Program-made: the position numbers and the translations under genes
Origin: Candidatus Saccharimonadota bacterium
GTDB taxonomy: Bacteria; Patescibacteriota; Saccharimonadia; Saccharimonadales; Saccharimonadaceae
NCBI GenBank assembly: GCA_017514765.1
Contig: JAFWIU010000012.1
Coordinates: forward strand, 313 to 64,312
Length of the DNA stretch: 64,000 bases
Reading direction: 5' to 3'
Shown here: positions 17,042 to 25,399 of the stretch, in pieces
How positions within the stretch are numbered: the first letter of the stretch is position 1
Layout: each line of letters starts with the position of its first letter
Notes under the pieces: model-generated
Seen by the model: only the letters and a program-made list of their open reading frames with translations
Database searches by the model: none
What the model was told of the DNA's origin: nothing

Positions 17042-17818
17042 ATGAATTATGATGTGATAATAGTTGGTGCTGGGATGGCGGGTTTGACGGCAGGGATTTA
17101 TGTTGCTAGGGCTGGTAAAACAGTTTTGATGCTAGAATCTGGAGCGGTGGGGGGACAAATTGTAACGGCGTTTAGAATTGATAACTGGCCTGGAAACTAC
17201 GGTGTATCGGGGGGTGATTTAATGAAGAATATTAGCGAACAAGCAATTGAGTTGGGCGTAGAGGTTCGCTATGAAGAAACCGTGAATATTTTGCAAAATG
17301 ACAGTGGATTCACGGTATCAACAGATGAGAACGAATATAAGTGTAAGGCTCTGATTATAGCGACAGGCACAATACCGAGAAAACTGAGCGCAAAACAGGA
17401 GAAGGATGCAGGTAAGCGACCAATTTCGTATTGCGCAACTTGTGATGGGGCTTTATATAAGGACAAACCTGTAGTGGTAGTAGGGAGTGGTAATACGGCG
17501 AAACTTGAGATGGAGTATCTCGAGGGGATTTGCAAGAGGGTTTATCATATTCATCATGATGATCCGATTCCGGAGGATGCGGAGGCAGTGTTCGTGGCAA
17601 TTGGTAGAGTGCCAGCAACTGGGTTTCTAGGTGGGTTAGTGAAATTAGATAAAGACGGATACGTGGTGGCTGGTGAGGATTGCACGACTTCTTGTCCTGG
17701 AGTTATGGTGGCTGGTGATGTGCGAACTAAGTCGGTGAGACAATTGGTGACTGCAGCAGGAGATGCGGCGGTGGCGGCTGACGCAGCGGTGAAATATTTG
17801 GGAAAAATTGATGGCTGA
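17042..17818 (+). CDS. trxB: Thioredoxin reductase-like FAD oxidoreductase (short form)
   Basis: GAGMAGLTAG, GGQ, IIATG, redox CATC (ISYCATCDG), AIGRVP, AAGD; 258 aa. Confidence 0.85.
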   Translation: MNYDVIIVGAGMAGLTAGIYVARAGKTVLMLESGAVGGQIVTAFRIDNWPGNYGVSGGDLMKNISEQAIELGVEVRYEETVNILQNDSGFTVSTDENEYKCKALIIATGTIPRKLSAKQEKDAGKRPISYCATCDGALYKDKPVVVVGSGNTAKLEMEYLEGICKRVYHIHHDDPIPEDAEAVFVAIGRVPATGFLGGLVKLDKDGYVVAGEDCTTSCPGVMVAGDVRTKSVRQLVTAAGDAAVAADAAVKYLGKIDG

Positions 17819-18308
17819 TTTGGAAACTGAAGGCTGGGCGGAAAAATCTAAGCAGATTGAAGCCGAACGGATGAAAGCGGCTAAGGCTGTGGCAGAAGAA
17901 AAACCGGATAAGTCTAGTCTGGCATTTTTGGATCCGAAAGCGACGAAAGTCAAAGGATGGTCGAATGATGCGGATGTGATTGTCGCAAATGCTGAACGGA
18001 TGGGGAATCGAGCAGTAATGTTCGCGGTCTGTGGGATGGTACTTGATATTATTGGTACGGTTGGGGGTATGGTGACTTCTGCAAATAATTTAGGAATGGG
18101 TGGACTAATTATATCTGGGTTGCCTAGTGGAATTGGACTATTTGGAATTGGCTTGGCGTTTTTGATGGCGGTGATTACGGTTGGCGTTGAATTGTTTTAT
18201 AAGCTAAAGAACGGCCGAAAGATGACGATGGCGACTTGGTCGGCAGTGGCGGCGATTGTAGTTTGCGTGGGGTATCTTTGGGTAAAGATGTTTGTGTTGA
18301 ATCGCTAG
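17811..18308 (+). CDS. Hypothetical membrane protein (about 3 TM segments)
   Basis: Overlaps trxB stop; three hydrophobic segments in the C-terminal half. Confidence 0.65.
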   Translation: MADLETEGWAEKSKQIEAERMKAAKAVAEEKPDKSSLAFLDPKATKVKGWSNDADVIVANAERMGNRAVMFAVCGMVLDIIGTVGGMVTSANNLGMGGLIISGLPSGIGLFGIGLAFLMAVITVGVELFYKLKNGRKMTMATWSAVAAIVVCVGYLWVKMFVLNR

Positions 18309-18356
18309 GGTGTAAAAGGCGATAGATTTAGTATAAATATGGTATAATATAAGAGT

Positions 18357-18441
18357 GGCCGAGTGGCGGAATTGGTATACGCGTTCGACTTAAAATCGAA
18401 TGGGGAAACTCGTACGGGTTCAAGTCCCGTCTCGGCTACCA
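18357..18441 (+). tRNA. tRNA-Leu(UAA)
   Basis: Acceptor GGCCGAG/CTCGGCT, anticodon arm TTCGA-CTTAAAA-TCGAA, long variable arm, GTTCAAGTC, encoded CCA. Confidence 0.95.
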
Positions 18442-18451
18442 TGTTTTTTAT

Positions 18452-18528
18452 CTGGGATTGGCGCAGCTCGGTAGCGCGCACGCATGGGGTGCGTGAGGTC
18501 AGGAGTTCAAATCTCCTATCCCAGACCA
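18452..18528 (+). tRNA. tRNA-Pro(GGG)
   Basis: CTGGGAT/ATCCCAG, CACGC-ATGGGGT-GCGTG, GTTCAAATC, CCA. Confidence 0.95.
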
Positions 18529-18540
18529 GGAGTTAGCAAT

Positions 18541-18605
18541 CAGGGTGTGGCGCAGTTGGCAGCGCTTTAGCGTAGGGACGCTGAGGTCGTCGGTTCAAGT
18601 CTGAT
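18541..18605 (+). pseudogene. Degenerate partial copy of tRNA-Pro(CGG)
   Basis: Nearly identical to 18620-18684 but with an altered anticodon arm and no 3' acceptor strand or CCA. Confidence 0.8.
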
Positions 18606-18619
18606 TAACAATTCAATTA

Positions 18620-18695
18620 CAGGGTGTGGCGCAGTTGGTAGCGCGCAGCGTTCGGGACGCTGAGGTCGTCGGTTCAAGCCCGATCACCCTGACCA
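18620..18695 (+). tRNA. tRNA-Pro(CGG)
   Basis: CAGGGTG/CACCCTG, CAGCG-TTCGGGA-CGCTG, CCA. Confidence 0.95.
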
Positions 18696-18715
18696 TTTTT
18701 TTATTGCATAAAAAA

Positions 18716-18789
18716 TGGAGGTGCCTACCGGAATTGAACCGGTGTACGCGGTTTTGCAGACCGCTGCGTAACCACTCCGCCAAAGCACC
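18716..18789 (-). tRNA. tRNA-Cys(GCA)
   Basis: Reverse complement GGTGCTT...GCGGT-CTGCAAA-ACCGC...GTTCAATT...AGGCACC-T-CCA (U73). Confidence 0.95.
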
Positions 18790-18805
18790 ACCTGTAGATA
18801 TTATA

Positions 18806-19732
18806 TCACACGTTTTGTAAAATAATAACACCCGTAACGACGAGGGCGATAGCAATGACATGAACTAAAACTGTCTTGCGATTGAGTTTTTCGCGACCGA
18901 AACGTGGCCAAATGATGGTTAGGATGATTCCCATGAAAAAGATAACGATTGGACCTGAGGAATCAGAAACTGCAGAGGCTAAGGCGACGGTAGGTGCGGT
19001 AACAAGAGCAGCGCGGTAGACGAACTCTTTGGTAGTGCCAATGAGGGTATTTGTGAGCATCGGACGAAAGATTTTGCCTTTGCTGTGTTTGACGACTGAA
19101 TGATAGCGACGGCGCCATTTGGGAACGGAATAGACGATAATGAGGTTGGTGATGCTTTTGCTAATGAGGAGGATGGCGGTAATGGTGATGAAACTAGCAT
19201 TGGTAGTGTTGGCTTTGACGAAAATGAGGTTGCTGATTACGGCGATTAAGACGTAAAGTGATGAATAGAGAGCAGCGCGGATTTGGATTTTGCGAGAACG
19301 TTTGCGAGTGGTGAAGATAATGAGAAGTGGTGCGGAGATAATAATAAGAAATGAGATGAGCTGGATAGGTGAAATTGTTTCGCCGAGGAAAAGCCAGCCA
19401 AGAATGAGATATAAAACTGGAGCTAGCTGGATAAAAATCCCGAGATTAGTAGAATCGTCGAGTTCGAGAGCTTTAAAGTAAAAAATGCCAGAAATAGAGC
19501 TAATAATACCGGCAATGATTAATGCGGTGAGAAGTGTGGGAGTAAAAGAGCTGAAATCAAAACCAGTGATAGCCAAGATGATAATGGAGACTATGGAAAC
19601 TGAATAACCATAAAAGAGTTTTTGTGAGACGGCACCTCTACCTTTGAAATAGACGTCAGATACGTAATTATCGATGAAGATACGGAGGGCGTCAACGATT
19701 AGGGTAATGCCAATATAGATGAGCCAGGTCAT
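18806..19732 (-). CDS. EamA/DMT-superfamily transporter
   Basis: About 10 TM segments, duplicated halves, LFLGETISP and GREKLN motifs; ATGA overlap with the upstream antiporter stop. Confidence 0.75.
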   Translation of the reverse strand: MTWLIYIGITLIVDALRIFIDNYVSDVYFKGRGAVSQKLFYGYSVSIVSIIILAITGFDFSSFTPTLLTALIIAGIISSISGIFYFKALELDDSTNLGIFIQLAPVLYLILGWLFLGETISPIQLISFLIIISAPLLIIFTTRKRSRKIQIRAALYSSLYVLIAVISNLIFVKANTTNASFITITAILLISKSITNLIIVYSVPKWRRRYHSVVKHSKGKIFRPMLTNTLIGTTKEFVYRAALVTAPTVALASAVSDSSGPIVIFFMGIILTIIWPRFGREKLNRKTVLVHVIAIALVVTGVIILQNV

Positions 19733-20700
19733 GCAAAGGCTCCATAAATCAGGAAGCCATAATATCCTGCGAAGATAGTAAGCATAAGAATACCATCGAA
19801 ACGAGTGATTCTGTGACCGCGTCTAGCGAGTAAACAGACTAGGATGGATGAAAAGACTAACATAACAAGATCGATGGTCTGGAAGTTATTTGGCGTAATA
19901 CTGCCAGCGAAGATGACTGGTAAGGCAAGGACGATACAGATGTTAAAGATGTTACTACCGACAATATTGCCGATGAGAAGGTCGGATTCGCCTTTTTTGG
20001 CGGCGGAAACAGTAGTAACGAGTTCAGGAAGAGAAGTACCGAGTGCGATTACGGTGAGAGAAATGATGCGCTCTGAGATACCGATACTGGAGGCGATAAA
20101 ACTGGCGGAGTTTACGACTAGTTCACTACCGCCAACGACGCCGGCGAGACCGAGGATAACTAGGAGGAATGATTTGCCAAGTTTGTATTTGGGTTTGTCG
20201 ACTTTTTTGGCTTCTTTTTTGTTCTTGCGGGCAAGGGAGATGAGATAGTAGAGGAAAATCCCAAAGAATAGAAGACAAATGATAGCGTCGGCGCGAGAGA
20301 AAGTATTAATGATGGCGTCGGAGAGGGTGACGTCGAGAATGAGGACGATGAGGGCAGTAGAAATGAGAAGGAGGAGCGGCAATTCTTTACTAACGGTGTC
20401 TTTCTTGACCTTGATGGGGTGAATGACGGCGGCGACGCCGATGAGGAGAAGAACGTTGATAATATTACTACCGATGACGTTACCGACTAGGATGTCGGTG
20501 TTGCCGTTGATGAGGGAACTAAAAGAGACAGCGAGTTCCGGTGCGCCAGTGCCGAAGGCGACGATAGTGAGACCGATGAGCAATTTGCTGATTTTGAAAT
20601 TGGAGGCGACGGATGAGGCACCGTCGACAAGCCAATCGGCGCCTTTGATGAGAAAAATGAAGCCGATAATTAATAGTAAGATTTGTAATATGATTTCCAT
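19729..20700 (-). CDS. Calcium/sodium antiporter (CaCA family, YrbG-like)
   Basis: Alpha repeats GTGAPELAVS, GNVIGSNIIN, GTSLPELVT, GNIVGSNIFN; start reassigned to MEIIL (20700) because the track start overlaps tRNA-Gly. Confidence 0.9.
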   Translation of the reverse strand: MEIILQILLLIIGFIFLIKGADWLVDGASSVASNFKISKLLIGLTIVAFGTGAPELAVSFSSLINGNTDILVGNVIGSNIINVLLLIGVAAVIHPIKVKKDTVSKELPLLLLISTALIVLILDVTLSDAIINTFSRADAIICLLFFGIFLYYLISLARKNKKEAKKVDKPKYKLGKSFLLVILGLAGVVGGSELVVNSASFIASSIGISERIISLTVIALGTSLPELVTTVSAAKKGESDLLIGNIVGSNIFNICIVLALPVIFAGSITPNNFQTIDLVMLVFSSILVCLLARRGHRITRFDGILMLTIFAGYYGFLIYGAFA

Positions 20701-20739
20701 TATGGTTATGATTATAACATATTTTTTGGCAATAAAAAA

Positions 20740-20816
20740 TGGTGCGAGCGAAGAGACTCTAACTCTCGACCTCTTCCTTGGCAAGGAAGCGCTCTAAACA
20801 ACTGAGCTACGCTCGC
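20740..20816 (-). tRNA. tRNA-Gly(GCC), non-canonical elbow
   Basis: GCGAGCG/CGCTCGC acceptor, CTTCC-TTGCCAA-GGAAG; D-loop AGTTGTTTA, T-loop TTAGAGT, A73, CCA. Confidence 0.85.
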
Positions 20817-20901
20817 ATTTGTAGTTTATATTATAGCATAGATTTTTGATTTTGTGGGAAAAATCGTGATATAATGAAAGTATAATTAAAAAAGGAGAAA
20901 A

Positions 20902-21480
20902 ATGTCTACAGGTGGAATAATAGCCATTGTGGTTGTCGTGATAATTGTGGCGATAATAGTGATGGTAATCGGGGCTTACAATAGTCTCGTTAAGTTAGAC
21001 GAGCGCGTCAATGAGGCGTGGTCGGATATCACGGTACAGCTGAAGTACCGAGCGGATTTGATCCCGAACGTGGTGGAAACCGTGAAAGGTTACGCCAAGC
21101 ATGAAAAGGAAACTTTCCAGATGGTGACTGAGGCCCGTACGGCGGCGATGGGTGCTAAAACAGTGAAGCAAGCGGCTGAGGCTGAAAAAGAAATGCAAAC
21201 AGCACTCGGACGTATTTTTGCGATTGCGGAAGCTTATCCAGAGCTCAAAGCTAACGAAAACTTTGTGAAATTACAAGAGCAGTTGCAGGATGTGGAAGAT
21301 AAGATTCAGGCTGCACGTCGCTTCTATAATGCTGGTGCGAAAGAGCTTAATACGAAGATTAAGATTTTCCCAACTAATTTGATAAATAAATTCGTGGGTC
21401 ACTTCAAGGTGCGTGAGTACTTTGAGGTTGAAGAGTCTGAGAAGGCTCGCATTAAAGATGCTCCTGAAGTGAAGTTTTAA
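20902..21480 (+). CDS. lemA: LemA family protein
   Basis: N-terminal TM, YNSLV, WSDITVQLKYRADLIPN, AEAYPELKANENF, ARRFYN. Confidence 0.93.
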   Translation: MSTGGIIAIVVVVIIVAIIVMVIGAYNSLVKLDERVNEAWSDITVQLKYRADLIPNVVETVKGYAKHEKETFQMVTEARTAAMGAKTVKQAAEAEKEMQTALGRIFAIAEAYPELKANENFVKLQEQLQDVEDKIQAARRFYNAGAKELNTKIKIFPTNLINKFVGHFKVREYFEVEESEKARIKDAPEVKF

Positions 21481-21516
21481 ACAGGGATATGCTCCTAGCT
21501 TAGGCTAGGAGCATAA

Positions 21517-22404
21517 ATGATTAAAATGTATAAGCAGATAGCAGAGAATAAACGTAAGACAATTTATATTATTGTAGTGTTTGTGCTGATGATTACCGCG
21601 ATTGCGGCACTTTTTGCGTGGTACTATAATGACCCATGGATTGCGGTATGGACGGTGGTGGCTGGTATTATATATGCAGTAATACAATATTATGCTTCGA
21701 GTTCGCTGGCAATGGCGACGGCGGGAGCGAAGGAAATCGAAAAGAAAGATAATCCAAGACTTTATAATATAGTGGAAAATTTGTCGATTACGACTGGATT
21801 ACCTATGCCGAAGGTGTACGTGATTGATGATTCGGCGCCTAATGCATTTGCGACTGGTCGTGATCCGAAACATGCTTCGGTGGCAGCGACGACTGGATTG
21901 ATGGATATTATGGATGATAAGGAATTAACAGCGGTGATGGCACACGAGATGTCACATGTAAAGAATTACGACATTAGAGTGTCGATGATTGTATTCGGAT
22001 TGGTATGTGTGGTAGGGTTGATTTCGGATTTGGCATTTCGGTTGATGTTTTATGGTTCGAGAAGACGGGATAATGAAGGTAGCCCAATGGGGTATTTGTT
22101 GATTTTGGTGGCAGCGATATTGTCACCACTGGTGGCGACTTTGGCGCAGATGGCGGTGAGTCGACAGCGCGAGTACTTGGCGGACGCATCGGCGGTGAAT
22201 ATTACGAGATATCCGGAAGGGATGATTGGTGCTCTGAAAAAATTGCAGTCGCACAGTCAGCCAATGAAGAGTCAAAATATCGCGGCAGAATCAATGTATA
22301 TTAATAATCCTTTACGTAAAGGTTTTTTCAGTAATTTATTATCATCACATCCGCCACTAGAAAAGAGAATCGAAAGATTGGAACATGGTAAAGAAAAGTT
22401 CTAG
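21517..22404 (+). CDS. htpX: HtpX-like M48 zinc metalloprotease
   Basis: PNAFATG, AHEMSH (HExxH), SRQREYLAD, SHPPLEKRI. Confidence 0.93.
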   Translation: MIKMYKQIAENKRKTIYIIVVFVLMITAIAALFAWYYNDPWIAVWTVVAGIIYAVIQYYASSSLAMATAGAKEIEKKDNPRLYNIVENLSITTGLPMPKVYVIDDSAPNAFATGRDPKHASVAATTGLMDIMDDKELTAVMAHEMSHVKNYDIRVSMIVFGLVCVVGLISDLAFRLMFYGSRRRDNEGSPMGYLLILVAAILSPLVATLAQMAVSRQREYLADASAVNITRYPEGMIGALKKLQSHSQPMKSQNIAAESMYINNPLRKGFFSNLLSSHPPLEKRIERLEHGKEKF

Positions 22405-23188
22405 TCGGAAAAAGTCACCACACAAATCTTTCAAGCGGACTTATCGGGAAGATTACGTGCGAGGACTCAATGTACCTGGGATGGGACAACATATCGTAGA
22501 AGCTTTCCAGATGCTTGGGCGGAATTGGAAGGTTTTTGGGTCGCTATTAATACTATCAGCTGTACTTGAGATATTGGCGGTACAAACGACTGAAGAAACT
22601 ACAGCAGTATTTACGATATTGATTTTTCTGATGATATGGCTGACAACGATCTTCTTGGTGAGGCACATCAAAGCTAAGCATAAGGTGACTTTACGCGATG
22701 GATTATATAATGCGATGGCGCCTTTGATACCGACGTTGATAGTATTTGTGGTGGCAGTGGTGGAATGTATACCGATTTTTGTACTAATAATTGCCTATTC
22801 GGCAGCAGTGAAAACGGATTTTCTAACAATGCCGTTTTATGCGTTGATGTTTTTCGGATTTGCGGGATTGATGCTGACGTTGTCGGGGTATTTATTGTCA
22901 TCGTCATTAGTTGCATTAATTGCGGTGAGCGCGCCAGGAATCTATCCATTAAGTGCTTTTGTGACTGCTGCGGAATTGATGATGGGGAGAAAAATTCGGT
23001 TTGTTTTGCGGTTAATCGCTTTAATGTTGGTGCTGGCGGTAATGATGGCAGTTGTGGTGTTGCCACTAGCGGCGCTAAAGGTACCAATGGAAGTGCTGTC
23101 GGTAATAGTATCGTTCGTGGGTTGTTTCGGTGCGATTTATATGACGGTTTATTTATATTTATACTACCGTTGGCTGCTGGATGCGTGA
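22385..23188 (+). CDS. Hypothetical polytopic membrane protein
   Basis: About 6 hydrophobic segments; overlaps htpX end. Confidence 0.7.
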   Translation: MVKKSSSRKKSPHKSFKRTYREDYVRGLNVPGMGQHIVEAFQMLGRNWKVFGSLLILSAVLEILAVQTTEETTAVFTILIFLMIWLTTIFLVRHIKAKHKVTLRDGLYNAMAPLIPTLIVFVVAVVECIPIFVLIIAYSAAVKTDFLTMPFYALMFFGFAGLMLTLSGYLLSSSLVALIAVSAPGIYPLSAFVTAAELMMGRKIRFVLRLIALMLVLAVMMAVVVLPLAALKVPMEVLSVIVSFVGCFGAIYMTVYLYLYYRWLLDA

Positions 23189-23200
23189 TAAAATAGTATT

Positions 23201-25300
23201 ATGAATAAAATGGATGCGGAGAAAAGAATCGCGAAATTACGCGAGTTAATTAATGATTATCGTTATCATTATCATGTACTTGATGAGTCGATTATGAGTG
23301 AGGCGGCGGCAGATTCGTTGAAACATGAATTGTCATTATTAGAGGAAGAATATCCGGAGCTTATAACGTCAGATTCGCCGACACAGCGGGTGGCTGGTAA
23401 GCCTCTAGATAAGTTTGAGAAGGTGCGACATGAAAAGCGGATGATTTCGCTCGCGGATGTGTTTTCGGAAGAAGAGGTGCGGGATTGGATTACGCGCAAT
23501 GAAAAACTGATACCTGGTGGGAGGATTCAAGAGTTCTTTACGGATATCAAGATGGATGGATTAGCGTGCTCACTGAAATATCGTGATGGTGTGTTCTATC
23601 AAGCTGTTACTCGTGGTGATGGGTTGGTTGGTGAAGATGTGACTTTGAATGTAAAAACTATTCAGAACGTACCCTTAAACCTCAGAAGTATTTCTTCATC
23701 GTCGGGCCGCGTCCGGCTGGCCCGTCGCCACGGGCGGCCGGCGCTACCCCTCGCCTTGCCAGGCTCCGGATTCCCTCCGATTGAAGAAATACCTTCTGAG
23801 GTGGAGGTGCGCGGGGAAATCGTTATATTCAAAAAAGATTTTGAACATCTCAATGAGTTACAGCGGAAGAAAGGAGAGGCGGAGTTTGCGAATCCACGGA
23901 ATCTTGCGGCGGGTTCGATTCGGCAGCTTGACCCGAAGGTGGCGGCTAGTCGGCCGTTGAAGTTTATTGCATATGATTTGGTGGCGCCGGATTTGCCGAC
24001 TTGGCATGAAGCGTACGATAAACTGCGAGAATTAGGATTTCAGACTTCTGGTGAAGACAGAGTGTTTTCGAGTCAAGACATGAAGGAGTTGTTTAAGTAT
24101 ATAAGTGAACTGGACGAATATCGGAAAGGTCTGAAGTTTAATACGGATGGTATGGTGATAAAAATCAATGATAGGGCTGTGTATGATAAGCTCGGGATTG
24201 TAGGGAAAACGCCGCGCGGGGCGGTGGCGTATAAGTTTCCGGCGGAAGAGTCGACGACGGTGGTGCGCGATATTGTGATTTCAATTGGGCGGACTGGCGC
24301 GGCGACACCGGTGGCGATATTGGATCCGGTATCAGTGGCAGGGACGACAGTGCAGCATGCGTCGCTACATAATGCGGATGAGATCGCAAAGTTAGATGTG
24401 AGGATTGGCGATACGGTGATTATCTATAAGGCAGGTGATATTATCCCGCAGGTAAAGGAAGTGTTGGTGGCTCTTAGGCCAGAGGGGACGGTGGCGTTTG
24501 ATTATGAAAAGGCTCTAAAGAAACAGTATCCGGAATTAACATTTGAACGTCCGGAGGGGGAGGTAGTGTATCGGGTTAAGGGAGAATCATCAGATCTGAT
24601 ATTGAAGCGGACGGTGGAGTATTATGCCTCGAAGCCAGCGCTGAATATCGAGGGGTTAGGGGAGAAGAACGTAGAGGCTTTGATTGATGCTGGATTGGTG
24701 CACTCGATTGCGGATTTGTATCGGTTGTCTGTTAGTGAGGTAGCGAAATTGGAGAGATTTGGGGAAGTGTCGGCGCGGAATTTGGTAAGTGCGATTCAAG
24801 AATCGAAGAACCCGACTCTGGCGAAGTTTGTCACGGCACTTGGAATTCGGCATGTGGGTGCGCAGACGGCGGTGAGTTTGGCACGAAGATTTAAAAGTTT
24901 AGATAAGTTGATGATGGTGACGAAGGAGGAGCTGCTGTCGGTTGACGATATTGGTGAAGTGGTGGCGGAGTCTATTCTGGCGTGGTTTGCGGATGAAGAC
25001 AACGTGAAACTACTTGAAGAATTACGTGGGTTGGGTGTGTGGCCAGTGGAAGAGTCGAGGGCTGTGTTGCCGCTCGATGGGCGGTCGTATATTGTGACTG
25101 GGACGCTCGCGTCGATGGGGAGGGAAGAGGCGGAAGATAAACTGCGAGAGTTAGGTGCGACAGTGACGTCTTCGGTGACTAAGACTACGACGGCTTTGAT
25201 TGTAGGAGAAAAACCCGGAAAATCTAAGGCTGACAAAGCTGCGAAATTGGGTATCCCGACGATTGATGAGGCGGAGTTTTTGAAACTGGTGAAAATGTGA
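23201..25300 (+). CDS. ligA: NAD-dependent DNA ligase with an in-frame palindromic insertion
   Basis: KMDG adenylation motif, TRGDG, EVRGE, NPRNLAAGS, PRGAVAYKF, HhH motifs, BRCT; the C4 zinc-finger cysteines are not evident. Confidence 0.96.
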   Translation: MNKMDAEKRIAKLRELINDYRYHYHVLDESIMSEAAADSLKHELSLLEEEYPELITSDSPTQRVAGKPLDKFEKVRHEKRMISLADVFSEEEVRDWITRNEKLIPGGRIQEFFTDIKMDGLACSLKYRDGVFYQAVTRGDGLVGEDVTLNVKTIQNVPLNLRSISSSSGRVRLARRHGRPALPLALPGSGFPPIEEIPSEVEVRGEIVIFKKDFEHLNELQRKKGEAEFANPRNLAAGSIRQLDPKVAASRPLKFIAYDLVAPDLPTWHEAYDKLRELGFQTSGEDRVFSSQDMKELFKYISELDEYRKGLKFNTDGMVIKINDRAVYDKLGIVGKTPRGAVAYKFPAEESTTVVRDIVISIGRTGAATPVAILDPVSVAGTTVQHASLHNADEIAKLDVRIGDTVIIYKAGDIIPQVKEVLVALRPEGTVAFDYEKALKKQYPELTFERPEGEVVYRVKGESSDLILKRTVEYYASKPALNIEGLGEKNVEALIDAGLVHSIADLYRLSVSEVAKLERFGEVSARNLVSAIQESKNPTLAKFVTALGIRHVGAQTAVSLARRFKSLDKLMMVTKEELLSVDDIGEVVAESILAWFADEDNVKLLEELRGLGVWPVEESRAVLPLDGRSYIVTGTLASMGREEAEDKLRELGATVTSSVTKTTTALIVGEKPGKSKADKAAKLGIPTIDEAEFLKLVKM
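23679..23802. repeat. GC-rich nested palindromic element inserted in frame in ligA
   Basis: Terminal inverted repeats ACCTCAGAAG-TATTTCTTCA-TCG / CGATTGAAGAAATACCTTCTGAGGT; inner hairpin CCGGCT-G-GCCCGT-CGCC-ACGGGC-GGCCGG. Confidence 0.8.
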
Positions 25301-25316
25301 TATAATAGGAGTGTGC

Positions 25317-25392
25317 CTGGGTGTAGCACAGTTGGTAGCGCGCAACGTTTGGGACGTTGAGGTCGCAGGTTCAAGTCCTGTCACCCAGACCA
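25317..25392 (+). tRNA. tRNA-Pro(UGG)
   Basis: CTGGGTG/CACCCAG, CAACG-TTTGGGA-CGTTG, CCA. Confidence 0.95.
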
Positions 25393-25399
25393 TTTTTTG

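Noticed and set aside
18357-18789. Prophage or integrative element at the tRNA cluster
   Set aside because: No integrase, phage or transposase gene nearby; flanks are housekeeping or transport genes.
20701-20784. N-terminal extension of the Ca/Na antiporter in the ORF track
   Set aside because: Overlaps tRNA-Gly; the conserved protein starts at MEIIL. Similar over-extended starts rejected for pcrA, pgi, aguD, arcB and clpC.
23679-23802. Intein or self-splicing intron in ligA
   Set aside because: Too short, no N-terminal Cys/Ser and C-terminal His-Asn splice motifs, and no group I/II core.
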